Shown piece after piece: positions 47,300 to 60,218 of a stretch of 64,000 nt of DNA (the first letter of the stretch is position 1; every line of letters starts with the position of its first letter). A model generated the notes under the pieces. It saw only the letters and a list, made by a program, of their open reading frames with translations, made no database searches and was not told the origin of the DNA. Made by a program: the position numbers and the translations under genes. The stretch spans positions 127,658,001-127,722,000 of the forward strand of contig NC_135803.1 in assembly GCF_964213995.1 (NCBI RefSeq), in the 5' to 3' direction. Source of the DNA: Mustelus asterias. Taxonomy: Eukaryota.

Positions 47300-49965
47300 G
47301 ACAGGATTTTGAGCTTCATTGACAAAAGTTCTTACAGCCATGAAAATCATGCTGCCCCCCCCGATGGCCTCCCCCGATTCAACCGCCATGGCTGAACCTA
47401 ATCGCACCAATCACTGGGGAGCTCCATATAAACGACTCGCCAGCACTTGTTCCACAGCAACTGCAGACGATGGCGGCCAGGAAACCCGCACCGTGATTTT
47501 TGGAGGGAGACCTGACCAGGCATCTTGATGCAGTGCAGCAGAAGCAGATATACTCTACCCCCACATCAGGAGAATGTCACCCACCAAGATCACCACCCCC
47601 ACCTGGGATGCAGTGGCAACCTGCTGTGTGCAAGTTCGCTGCAAAAGAAGATGGGACAACAGTGCCACAAAAAGATGAACAATCTTCTGCGCTCAGCAAG
47701 GGTAAGGGAGCCTCAAACAGTATTTTTCTAGAATCCCTCACACATCCCTCGCAGCTCCACCTTCATTTCTCACCCAGTCACTTTGGGCTTTGCCAACACC
47801 TGTAAGGAAGCCTTCCTCCTCTTTCCCCCAATCACCATGTTTCCCCCTACTCACTGTCATGCTCCACACTCCAACTCCCTCGCCTGCCACACCTTATCAC
47901 CATCGCAAAGCCAACAGGTCATTTACACTCTCCTTATCTGTGTCATTGCACAAAATAAACTACGACAAGCGTGAGCAAGCACGCCCGGCTGGAGTAATGC
48001 CGGAGATCAGAACCCTCATTCAGTTTGGGTAGAGAGAGCCCTTGACCTGGCTGGGGAGGAGGAAGAGCGTGCCTGCACTGATGATGAAATGGGGCAACAG
48101 ACAAACGTGAGAATCCTCAGATGCTGTCATTCCTCAAGTGTCAAGTGAGTAATCAATGTTCCCTCCTTTATCCCCTGTAATGCTCTAATGCCATCTCCCT
48201 TCTTTTGCAGACAGAGCACCTTGGACCATCCTTGTGCCCCCTGGACTACTGGACTCAAGCAGCTTCGAGGGAAACCTCTCGGACCCCATTGTTGAAGAGG
48301 CGACGCAGCTGTTGCCTGCACCCAGCACCAGCGCAGATACTCAGACCTTGGTGGGTTCACTAAGAGGGCAGACTTCTGGGTCACTCACTGGTGAGCACCT
48401 CACAGCTGAAGATCCACAACAAGTGGAGGCAGGGATGTCCCAGGGAACCGGCACTCGGAGGGATGTCGGAGATCCTGTTGGACTCCTGGCTGATGGCATG
48501 CCCTTGGCCCCAGTTGGCCCAGAGTTGATGGAACTGCAAAGGCATTTGCGAGCATCAGGAAGGGATGGCAGCATTCCTCTTCGACTACAAGGCCAATTGG
48601 AGGAGTCCCATCACTTTCTGTCTGAGGAGATGGTGCCGTCACTCCAGCGCACGGAGGCCAACACTATGAGGGTGGCATCCACAGGGGAGACCTTGGCACA
48701 GGACATGCACTCCATGGCAGGAGATGTCTGCACCATGGTTCATCTCATGACCTCCATGTCTGAGTGCATGAGCTCCATGGTGCAAGGCTTCAACTGCATA
48801 GTGCAGGCACTGGTGGGAATCCATGAGTGTTTGCGCCAGAGGATGGTGGGGCTTCTGGACCTCACTCAAGCTTCCCCGCTATTCCATGCCCATCGGCCAC
48901 CTGACGATATCAGGATCATCTGGTGCACAACGCTGGGCCCTCCACCCAGGAGACCCTGGAGGTGTCCAGGCTATCTGAGTCCCCACTTCCTGGGGCTGAC
49001 ATTCCTCCAGCCCCACACACCGATGAGGGTAACACTGCAACACCTGTGCTACATGAAAGCAGACCAGAGCCCTCAAAGTCCAGGGCCCCCAGGGGACACC
49101 CACCAAGTTCATCTCAGGCAACAGGACATGGAACAGCAGACCTCCTCCACATCAGCTGCGGATCCTGGGAAGCACCAAGACATAGTGGGAGGATGAGAAA
49201 GATTAAGAAGTGATAGTCACCTGGTTGACTCAGGTGAAAGTAGGCATAAGTGTAGAGAGGTCACCACTGTATATGGTAATAAATATTAAATCACTCCGTT
49301 CACTCAAAGAGCCTCCACTCTATCATTTCATGCCCCCCTTCACCCATTCATCAGGACTAGAGCAGTTCCATTTTGCATCTCTTCATCTGAGCAGTTGAGA
49401 CCAAGGGGCGCCAAAGTGCTGATTGCCTGCTCAGGCATTGCAGGCCCCGCTATCATTCCAGCTTTGATGAACTCCATGCTGCACCCGTTTATTGGCAGGG
49501 CACATGGAGCTCTCTGTTAGGCGGGAGTCAGATATATTGCTGATGATGAGAGAAGCATTGCTTTGTCCTCACTGCAAGTCACCATCATTCTCTTGCAGAG
49601 TCAGGCCAATGGCTCCAGCCCCATGCCATTGCTAGCAGTTAGCTAATGGTGGAACAACATCATTAGTTTGACCTTACACCCATTGTGAGAGACCTCACCA
49701 CCTGCTACTCTCGCTAGTCCCCTAAACGAGAGATGATCAGGGCATCCCTTGTTTGTCCCCCAATTCTGGCCCTGTCCACTGCCCAGTGTTCTTCTTCCTC
49801 CTTGTCAGGCCCACCACCCTCCTCAACATCCTTTTCATCTGAAGAGATCTGGCACTTGCCTAGCTTAGCCAGGTCTATGTTGACTCTCCTCTTGTGGAGA
49901 GCGCAGCAGACCACAACAATGCAGGAGGCCCTTTGTGGCCTGTATTGTAGGGCACCCCCCCCTAC
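47300..49965. mobile_element. PIF/Harbinger DNA transposon remnant: Myb/SANT-like gene (+) converging on transposase 3' end (-)
   Basis: Plus: ..EGDLTRHLDAVQQKQ, QCHKKMNNLLRSAR|gtaag, long last-exon ORF 48234..49196. Minus 49714-49962: GGALQYRPQRASCIVVVCCALH..acidic tract..RDALI, HARBI1-like C-terminus. Confidence 0.75.
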
Positions 49966-50164
49966 AATACCCGTGTGCCCGAAAGCAGTACAGGGTCCTC
50001 AAAACTTCTTACCCTAAAGGTGCCCCTAGTTGCTAAGCAACCACTTATTCCTTCTCCAAGCTTTTGTTTACTTTTCGTGCCATAAACTCTCTCAGCACAA
50101 TAGAAACACAATTCTAATTGAAACCAAAAACCCCAAATGCAAACAGAGTTAGACAGGGTAGATT

Positions 50165-50505
50165 CATAAAGAATGTTCCCAATGATAGGGTGTTCAGAAC
50201 CAGAGCGAGGAGTCATAGTTTGAGGATAAGGGGTAAACCTTTCAGAACTGAGGTGAGGAGAAATTTCTTCACCCAGAGGGTGGTGAATGTGTGGTATTTA
50301 CTACCACAGAATGTAGTTGAGGCCAAAACGTTGTCTGGTTTCAAGAAGAAATTAGATATAGCTCTTGGGGCTAAAGTGATCAAAGGATATGAGGGAAGGG
50401 GAGAGCAGGATATTGAATTCGATGATCAGCCATGATCAAAATAAATGGCAGGGCAGGCTTGAAGGGCTGAATGGCCTACTCCTGCTTCTAGTTTCTATGT
50501 TTTTA
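50165..50505 (+). mobile_element. CR1 LINE 3' end
   Basis: RTRARSHSLRIRGKPFRTEVRRNFFTQRVVNVW; tail GGCCTACTCCTGCTTCTAGTTTCTATG. Confidence 0.85.
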
Positions 50506-51694
50506 TGTAATTGGATAACACTGGTCCAACTGACTTTTAAAAATATATATATTATGAGGTATTTTGTGGAATTCTGATGTGACCAGCATCCTGCAAAGAC
50601 ATATGCTGGGGTCTCAACTGTTCACTGTATTCATTATTGGCTTAAAAGGAAAATGAAAGGTAGAATGAGGGGTGCAAGCATAGTTAAAAAGATGTTTTGA
50701 AGGCTTTTATAGGAAGGGAAGCAATGGAAAATTGGAGATGTTGAAGCAAGAGTTACAGAAGATGAGAACAGAGTGATTTAAAAGATCCTAAGTGACATTG
50801 GAGTGAAGAAAATAGTAGGACAGTGTCAGCAGAGAGGTGGAATCTAGGTGTGGGAGGACCAATAAGCAGAGAGTTGGGGAAGCCTATCCTCCAGTTGGTA
50901 AAGACATGAATTAGGGATTCAGCAGTGGTGGTGAGGTAATGGCAGAGAGCAGCAACATTTTGAAGACCAAAGAAAGTGGCCTTGGCAACTTACTAGATGT
51001 GAGGAAGAAAGTTGAGCTCCAGATAAACCAAGAAACTTTGGTTAAACAACTTTGGATTTAGACTATGGTGGCAATTCAGGAGGTTAAAGCAGCCCAAGCT
51101 GAACTCACATAAATATCTACGGGAGCTCAAGAGTTGGTATTTGATTTTGCTGGTATTTATCAAGAGGAATCTTTAGCTTGCTCAAATGTTCATGTAAGGT
51201 GGCAAGATGGCAATACTTCTAGGGGTCTGTGGAGAGGTGGAATTGAATATCATTGTGAGTGTAAAAGCTGACATTCATATTCTGTATAAATGATGAAGCA
51301 AATGCAACACAGGAAAGCTATGGTTCACCAAACGTACTGCCTGGGCACAGGAGAGTGACAATATAGTGCTTCCATTGAGACAGATAGACTAGAATCATGA
51401 AGCAATGCATATATGATTCCTCATCCAGGCTTGTTAATACTTGTGACCTTGTCAATAATTTACTGATTTGATCTTGCTTTATTCGCTCTCCTGCCTTCTA
51501 TTAATATGAATTTTGTATATCAAGCAGAAATACAAAATTTAAAAAAATGAAATTACAGCTTTGGGATTACTGTAATGAAATATGAGGGGGAATTATTTTG
51601 TAGTGTGTGACAGAAGTGTGATGAAATACTAACTACTTCAAATGATTGGTGTTTATCTGAAGTATATCTCCTAATGAGTTCTATGTAATTTCAG

Positions 51695-51884
51695 TTAAAT
51701 TACCTGTTCATGAAGCGATGTGTGGAGAGTAGCCCTGTGGTACCAATCCAGAAGGAGTGGCTGGACTCTATTCTGACTCTGGTACCACGCTCACTGAGAG
51801 AAGGAAAGGTGAGAGAGATCATTGTTAACGAACTATTTGCTGAAGTCGTCGAGGACTTTGAAAAGAGCATGAAGAGATTTCTAG
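51695..51884 (+). CDS. DNAH12: DNAH12 coding exon 4
   Basis: tttcag|TTA AAT TAC...CTA G|gtacgt; LNYLFMKRCVESSPVVPIQKEWLDSILTLVPRSLREGK...DFEKSMKRFL. Confidence 0.92.
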
Positions 51885-54099
51885 GTACGTCATTGTTAAC
51901 ATAAACTGAACATGAATATTCTGGAGACTATTTAATTATTAAATGGACTAGATAATAGAAAATACAACCAACTGATCACTTAAACTGTGCTGAATATCTG
52001 ATCATGTGAAGAATGCCACTTGAAGGAGGAGGATCATTAGTCCTTATATAACACAACTAATATTAGTCACCATCTTCTGAAAAAAAGTATGGGGAGAAAA
52101 TCTGATGATATTATTTGTTGCTGTAACCAAATTTACTGCCTTGGAAAGAGTTATCAGATAGGTGTGTTTCTTAACAAAACAATTAAGTTGAAATGGGTAC
52201 ACCAATTTACAAATGTTTAACTGGTTAATTTTCAATTTTAACAACTACTGAGAAAGGTTTTATTAAACAATAATGTCATATTATCTAAGTATAGAGGGAG
52301 TGGAAAACACTTGCAAAGATGAAACGATAACTGCCAGGTTATACTTATCAGGGAAGGATGTATCTTTATTCTCTTGAAAAAAGATTAAGAGGTGACCTAA
52401 TCGAAGGCTTTAAAGATACATGAATGTTTTTGACAGAGTAGTCACAGAAAAAATTGTTTTCTCTTGAGGGGAGGAGAAAAATTAGAGACTGTTAGCATAA
52501 GCTGGTTGCCAAGCAATCAAATCGAGAACTCAGAAGAAGTCTTTTTATCCAAGTGCTGAGAATGTTAAATTCCCCACCAGGTGGAGTAATTGAGGCAAAT
52601 GGTACAGGTTCATTTAAAGGGAAACAGGATAAGTATATTTAAGTAAGTCTTCTGAACAATGTATGCCATTATTACTGTGCAAGTCGGTCACAACTTGTAG
52701 CCAGGAAGATGTACCCTGTTTTTTGCAAATTACCAAATCACCGATTTGCATTTCTCCACCACTGGCTTTGTGAAAATAGTATCTCTGTAGAATCTTCACA
52801 AAGTTCCCACATTTACTCATGAATTGCCCAATAAACTCTCTACGGACAGTTAATTCTCGTGCTTATCAGCATATGTATCCTTTTGATTACATGTTTTTTA
52901 ATGACTGCCAAAAATCCTCCCTTCTTCTCTTGCCCAGAAGGTGATCAATAATAAGTGTTGAACATTATACCTTCATGTGGTGAGTTGATTTAGGAGATTA
53001 AATAAATGTAAAATTTTAAGAAGTTTATATTTTCTTTACATTTGTCTCTTTTTCTCTTTCACTCAATTCAACCTTTCTTTCTGTGCCTGATTTGATATTG
53101 AATTCGCCTGCTCCAATTTATCCTCCTCCTCAATGATTCATCTGTTCATTTCCCAATCCTAAAATCTTTTTGGTTAATGCGATGCACTATTTGTGCTATT
53201 GTTCACCAGTGTCCCAGGTGCCCTGTTGTCTCACAGCTCTTGTATCAACTCGCACTTCTAGAAATTTTGCAACCAACAGTACACAAACAATTTTAATAAT
53301 GCATGCTGCAAAATACCCTATTTTAGTAAAATCTACCTCATGGGTCCAAACTTTGCAATCAGCAATGAACAAAAGGTAACCAGCTATCCATTACACTTAC
53401 ACCTGCGCACAGATTTGCTATGGGATTTTGCATCAGAACTTGCAGCTAAAATGAGTCTAAAGTAACAGGGCACCCTCTACAAGGCACCTGAGACTTTTGT
53501 GAACAAGAAGAACAACTGTACATCATTAACTGCTCAGATTGGGGAATCCATACTGAGCTCCGCAGGATCTATATCAGGAAGTATAAGCTGGAATAGTTAA
53601 TTCAATACCAAATCAATTGCAAAAAACAAAATAAAATCAAGGAATGGATTTGAGATTAGGCGATAAAATCTTTTATTTAACTTTTTTCAAACTTCCAACA
53701 ATAATTAAAATCTGAAGGAATGAGACTTTACAATTGTAAAGCAAATTTTCAATGTCAAAGAGCTGTTTGTTAGTAATTAAGACTAACCATGTTATTAAAT
53801 AATATTTAGACTTCAATCAACAAGCCTTAACTTTTTCTGGCATGTTTAGTAGGTATCTGTCTGGTAGTTACAACAATATTACTGTCGAATCACTCAGCAA
53901 GAAACTATTCTAGTGAAACTTTTGTCGGAGCAAGGCAACCTGGACAACAGTTTCCTAATTTCTACATTTAACTGTGTATGCGAGTTTGCCAAATGTTGCT
54001 GCTTGATTTACTCCTTAATAACTTTGAACACTGATAGCCCACGGAGATGCGACATAGTTTTTGTGGCCCCTTTCTCAGGCTTTTACTGACCTACTTCAT

Positions 54100-54720
54100 T
54101 CCCAAAGTGCATACACATTTCCATATCAAGTGCTCCATTTGCCACATTTGTTAAGGAATGTTGCCATCACTCTGGACCGAGAGAAGGCAGTCAAGGTTTT
54201 CCTTTTTGACAGGCGTCTCAAGAATGCAAGGTTCCATAGACTATACACCCGCTTGGCCTTGAATGCTGTATATAAATAGCTGGTATCTTTATCAAGTGAA
54301 AAAGACGATATTCCCTGAACAACCTGCTGGCCTGCAATCATAGGCAGTATGTTTGCAATCCTGATTTTTTTCTCCAATGCCAGTCTTCTGTTCAACCTTT
54401 ACTTCACTTGACCAGCAAATCACAGTCTGCTATTCGACAATAAGGGCTGTCCCTGATAATTCTCTTCAGGAACCATGCGTACCTGCAAAGCACACCTGCA
54501 ATGAATGTCATGCTGTCTCAAAGAACATCATCAAGCAAACAATCAGCAAAGTAAGACAATGCTTCTGCTGTGTGGACCATCCTGGGGGAGCTTTGCAGTA
54601 TACCCTTGAGCGATATTGAAATTTGTCGTTGTATTCTGCATACTCCACTATTATGCTATTAGGAGAGCCTTTACCACCACATGGGCAGCAACACGTGCAG
54701 GAGCAGAAAGAGGAGTCTGA
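54100..54720 (+). mobile_element. Decayed Harbinger transposase fragment
   Basis: ORF 54377..54619 NECHAVSKNIIKQTISKVRQCFCCVDHPGGALQY, matching the HARBI1-type YN..H..TR..IE..IG.LK.RFRCLD..GGALQY motif. Confidence 0.65.
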
Positions 54721-54774
54721 ATAATAAAAGATATGTTAAAATGATAAATTTATCCCCACAACCATAAATCTTTT

Positions 54775-57586
54775 AACTTGTAACTTTGATGGTATGAGAC
54801 ATGCAATGGCTAGGATAAGCTGGCAAAGGATACTTAAGGGATTGACAGTGCATAGGCAATGGCAAACATTTAAAGAACACATGTATGAACTTCGGCAACT
54901 GTACATCCCTGTCTGGTGTAAGAGTAAAACAGGGAAGGTGGCTCAACCCTGGCTAACAAGGGAAATCAGGGATAGTGTTAAAGTCAACGAGGACGTGTTG
55001 TGGGAAATGTACCACTGAGTCAGGCTTGAAGGTTTCAAGAATACAGTTTTATTTTAACGAAGCTTCGTGGAGACAAGGCACTAACAAGCAGCAAACCTTC
55101 TCTCAATGAGACAATAGGAGAGGTCCATCTTTATACCCTTTACACAATAGATGGACCGGACATCTAGCCATTATCACATCATTGTAATCAAGTAGGTGAT
55201 CGATCGTTAACACATCGTTATAGACAGATACAGACATAAGCATGTTAACATCACATTGTTTCATAGGATGGGTACATTTTCCCTATCAATGACTTTAGTT
55301 TCGGTCTATTCATACAGTAATTTACAGTAATTGGTTTTCCTGCATTTATGTATTCCCGATCCCATCTGTAGCTAATCTCTTTACCCAACCCTATTGTCCT
55401 TATCCTAAAGAGTGCCTCAAGCCCTGGCTGGCTTCCTGCAGGATCTGATTCCTGCATATTTAACTTTAAATAGCTGTCTGTCCTTTATGTTTTCATCTCA
55501 AGTGGCTGTCTGTACTAAAAGTCAGTGCCTGTTTAATGTCTCTTTCCCAGGCGACTGTTTATGTGCCAGGCAGTCATTTTTTAAAGTGTACTCATCTGTA
55601 TATTTTTCCCCACTTCAGGAGGCATATAAATTGGCCAGAAAAAGCACCAAACCTGAGGACTGGGAGAAATTTAAAATTCAGCAGAAGGGACAACGGGGTT
55701 TAATTTGGAAGGGGCAAATAGAATACAAAAATAAGCTTGCAGAAAACATAAAAACTGACTATAAAAGCTTCTATAGGTATGTGAAGAGAAAAAGACTGGT
55801 GAAGACAAATGTAGGTCCCTTACAGTTAGAATCAGGTGAATTCATAATGGGCAACAAAGAGATGGCAGACCAGCTGAACAAATACTCTGGATCTGTCTTA
55901 ACTAAGGAGGACACAAATAATCTTCCAGAAATAATAGGGGACAGAGGGTCTAGCATGAAGGAGGAACTGAAGAAAATCCTTAAGAGTCAGGAAATTGTAT
56001 TGGGGAAATTGCTGGGATTAAAACCCGGTAAGTCCCCAGGGCTTGATGCTCTGTATCCCAGAGTACTTAAGGAAGCGGTCCTAGAAATAGTGGACGCATT
56101 GGTGATCAGTTTCCAGCATTCTCTAGACTCTGGAAGAGTTCCAGTGGGTTGGAGGGTAGCTAATGTAACCCCACTTTTCAAAAAAGGACGGAGAGAGAAA
56201 ACGGGGAATTATAGACCAGTTAGCCTGACATCAATGGTGGGGAAAATGCTGAAGTCAATTATTAAGAATGTAATGACTGAGCATTTGGAAAGCAGCGACA
56301 GAATCGGTCCAAGTCAGCTTGGATTCACTAAAGGGAAATTGTGCTTGACGAATCTTCTGCAATTTTTTGAGGATGTGACCAGTAGAGTGCAAGGCTGAAC
56401 CAGTCTGGACTTTCAAAAGACCTTTGACAAGGTCCCACACAGGAGATTAATGAGCAAAATTAAAACTCATGGTATTGGGGGTAATGTATTGATGTGGATA
56501 GAGAACTGGTTGGCAGACAGGAAGCAGAGAGTGGGAATCAATGGATCCTTTTCAGAGTGGCAGGCAGTGACTAGTGGGGTACCGCAGGGTTCAGTGCTGG
56601 GACTCCAGCTGTTCACAATATACGTTAATGACTTGGACGAAAGAATTTAATGCAATATCTCCAAATTTGCAGATGACACTAAGCTGGGTGGCAGTGTGTG
56701 CTGTGAGGAGGATGCTAAAAGGCTGCAGGGTGACTTGGACAGGCTGACTGAGTGGGCAAATGCTTGGCAAATGCAATATAATGTGGATAAATGTGAGGTT
56801 ATCCACTTTGGTGGCAAAAACATGAAGGAAGATTATTATCTGAATGGTGGTAGTTTAGGAAAAGGGGAAGTGCAACATGACCTGGGTGTCATGGTGGAAT
56901 AGTGGCTGAAGGTTGGAATGAAGCAGGCACTGAGGAAAGCTAATGGCATGCTGGCCTTCATAGCATGAGGATTTGAGTATAGGAGTAAGAATGTCTTGGT
57001 GCAGTTATACAGGGCCTTGGGTGAGGCCACATCTTGAGTATTGTGTGTACTTTTGGTCTCCTAGTCTGAGGAAGGACATTCTTGCTATTGAGGGAGTCCA
57101 GCGAAGATTCACCAGCCTGATTCCTGGAATAGCAGGACTGACATGAAGAGAGACTGGATCGACTGGATCACTGGAAGATAGAAGAATGAGAGGGGATCTC
57201 ATAGAAACATGTAAAATCCTGGTGAGACTGGATAGGCTAGATGTGGGAAGAATGTTCCTGATGTTGGTAGGTCCTGAACTAGGGATCACAGTCTAAGAAT
57301 AAGGGATAAGCCATTCAGGACTGAGGTGAGGAAGAACTTCTCCATTCAGAGAGTTGCGAACCTGTGGAATTTTCTACCACAGAAAGCTGTTGGGGCCAGT
57401 TCGTTAGATGTGTTCAAGAAAGAGCTTGATGTGGCTCTTGCGACTAAAGGGATCAAGGGGTATGGAAAGAAAGCAGGAGAGGGATACTGAAAGTGCATGA
57501 TCAGCCATGATCATATTGAATGGTGGTGCAGGCTCAAAGGGCCAAATGGCCTACTCCTGCACCTATTTTCTATGTTTCTATGTTTT
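54775..57586 (+). mobile_element. CR1 LINE, 5'-truncated, interrupted by a solo LTR
   Basis: ORF2 pieces 54794.., 55618-56398 (KSPGLDALYPRVLKE, GNYRPVSLTS), 56450..56650 ([10 protein letters not shown]), 56696..56902; tail TTTCTATGTTTCTATG. Confidence 0.95.
54996..55617 (-). mobile_element. Solo LTR (endogenous retrovirus-like), 622 bp
   Basis: TG...CA termini with inverted ends TGTTGTGGGAAA / TTTCCCCACTTCA; flanks GGACG / GGAGG (5-bp TSD, 1 mismatch); TATAAA then AATAAA on minus; CR1 sequence resumes after it. Confidence 0.8.
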
Positions 57587-59769
57587 ACCCATGCCAAAAA
57601 CTCATCATCGTCACTGACCATTTTATTGGTCTGAACCAGACTGTTCGCTAGCTCAGCAATCTATTTGATCCGAAACTGGGTTTCTGATCCCATAGCCTCT
57701 CTATCACCAAACTGCCCTGAATTCTCAGTCTTCTTATTCATCCTTCAACCCGTTTAGCAGCTGCGCCTTTAGCCTTGTGATGCAAACAAGTTTATGAATT
57801 AAGAGCAGGAGTAGGCCATTCGACCCATCAAGCCAGCTCAGCCACTTGATAAGATCATGGCTGATCTGATGTTGGCCTCAACTCCAGTTCCTGTCTACCT
57901 CCTATACCCTTTGACTACCTTGTCATCAAGAATTTATGCAAAATTTGGACTATCTATAGATGATCTGCACTTTTCTCAGGAAACCCGTCCACCTTTAAGA
58001 TCTTCCTAAAAAGCCACCTCATTGACTGACCCAAGTCAAAGATTCAAATATCTCTCCCTTTGCCTTAGTGCTCCTTTCTTCAAAAACAAAATACAGGTTC
58101 TGGCTCTTGTTCTCTGGCTATCTCCAAGTGAGCGACAGAATTGAACTGACAACACTCATTATTTTGAGTGGCATGTTTGAACCCTTGAGTGAAACTACAG
58201 CCTTAAAACCACTTCTGACTAGGCAGCGTGGCTCCAGATGTCATGGTGTCAGTGGTTTCGGATTACAGATATTGTTCCGAAGTTGCCTATAGGTTAAAAA
58301 TGTGGTGTTTGACAAATGTAAATATTGAAAAGAAATGCTGAAACCAAAAGAAGAGTTCATATAGCATTGTCTCTTTAAAAAGCATGTGTTTTTTGCTTGG
58401 ATTTTTAAATTGAAGAAAATAGGCTGCAGAAGCCAATTTTGCAACCTTGTGTCAAAAGCCTAGCAGCCAGAGTTCCAGCATAGCAAAACAGGCTTTTGAA
58501 TTGGACCAACGAGTTTGAAGCAAGCACCCAGAGATACAGAAACAATTGAATTCAAATTTGAGCGTTGTTGACAGCCTCAAGCCACTCAAATTGCAGGGAT
58601 ACTGAGAGGTAATTCTAGGTATTTAAACTTGGACAAGGGGAAATAACGGTTAGAGTAATCTTGCCACCTGTTTAGTCAGAAGGATGAAGAGGCGAGCCTC
58701 TCATATAGAATCCTGCAATTTAATGTATGTCTTCATAAAACTTACCATCTACAGTCGGAAAATAGATCAGCTCAAAAGATGTGTCAGACCTGAAAAACAA
58801 AGACCTTCAGACTTCTAACAAGTGCCTGGTTGTTTCTTTATCCTTTTGAGAATGACTGGAATTTATAAGCCTCTATTTCATTCATGAATCTTGAATTAGA
58901 CAGCATTCTATTGGGGAGTTTATTCAGTTTGTTAATTGTTTTTGTAAGGTTGTCACCAGTTTAAAATCAATACCTGTTAATTGTTCATGATAGAGAGTGT
59001 CCGATTCTTCTTTAATTTATCTAAACTAATAACTTCCTACCCCCTCACACACACTTACTTACGATTACGAGGCGAGGTATATCCCTTTGGGTGGTTCCAA
59101 AATCACGCAGATGGAAACATTACCTCCGTGTTGTAACAAAATCCACACTATACAATTTTTAAAATTACTAAACGTTTGTTGAGTGACAAGCCTACTTGAT
59201 TCCCAGGCAAGATCTTCGGACCATGTCCCAATCATGACCTAAATTTTTAACTTTCTTTCTCCACAGATGCTGCCAGACCTACTGAGTATTGTCAGCATTT
59301 TCTGTTTTTATTTCATTAGACTTTGTATTCACTTTGTTTTTTTAAACTAATTAGAGAATGAAGGAAACTATATTCCATAGCTAGTATACTTTAGGTAATT
59401 TTAAATAGACTATTAATGGTTGAATTGTACTATTAAAAATATAACATATGTAGCCTACCTTTCTTTTATTTCATGGTTAGTATAATTCTATGCTTTGAAA
59501 TTTTAGCATTTGCAGTATTTTGCCTTATTTTAGATTTGCGTGAAGTGCTGCATGATTACCATACTCAGGCATTCAATACATATTCATATAACCTTTAGAT
59601 AACTAAATGCTTAGCCTAATAAGATAATAACATCTATCTGTTTGAATCCAGCTCTGCACAGATCAATTGATCATCAATAATTCTGATCAGGCTCATTTTA
59701 AAGTTAGTAAATTAGCTTGGAATATACAGCCAAGCTTATCAACTTGTTGTCAACATTTTTATGTTTTAG

Positions 59770-59845
59770 TGAAAAGTGTTCTTGTAAAGCCAGATGTGAC
59801 AGGGCTTGAGTATGAAGACTCTGAACCTCTTCCACAGGATCCAGT
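59770..59845 (+). CDS. DNAH12: DNAH12 coding exon 5
   Basis: ttttag|TG AAA AGT...CCA GT|gtgagt; VKSVLVKPDVTGLEYEDSEPLPQDPV. Confidence 0.9.
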
Positions 59846-60181
59846 GTGAGTATAATGCCAGTATAGTCTGATACTAAAGCAGATGAGTACTCTTGGATTT
59901 TCAATGTTCTTCAGTTATTTGCCTCCATTTATGATAATGTGAATATTTTCTTCAGTCATACATCCAGAGTTTGACAATCCAAAGACTGGAAGCTTTGGCT
60001 TGGCATGGGCATATACATGCATGGCTTCTTTTTAGTGTTAGGTTCAAGAATTTATCGACACTGCGTGGTCTGGTACAAGCATACAGGTTTACTAGGAGTT
60101 CCTTCTCTGTCTTACATGATGTTCAGTAAGAAGTCTCACAACACCAGGTTAAAGTCCAACAGGTTTATTTGGTAGCAAATA

Positions 60182-60218
60182 CCATAAGCTTTCGGAGCAA
60201 TGCTCCTTCGTCAGATGG
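60182..60218 (-). ncRNA. Minimal type I hammerhead ribozyme motif (left pLTR)
   Basis: Reverse complement of the 62461-62497 motif. Confidence 0.75.

Noticed and set aside
55412-56398. 328-aa ORF as a host gene
   Set aside because: Chimeric reading frame of LTR sequence plus CR1 ORF2.
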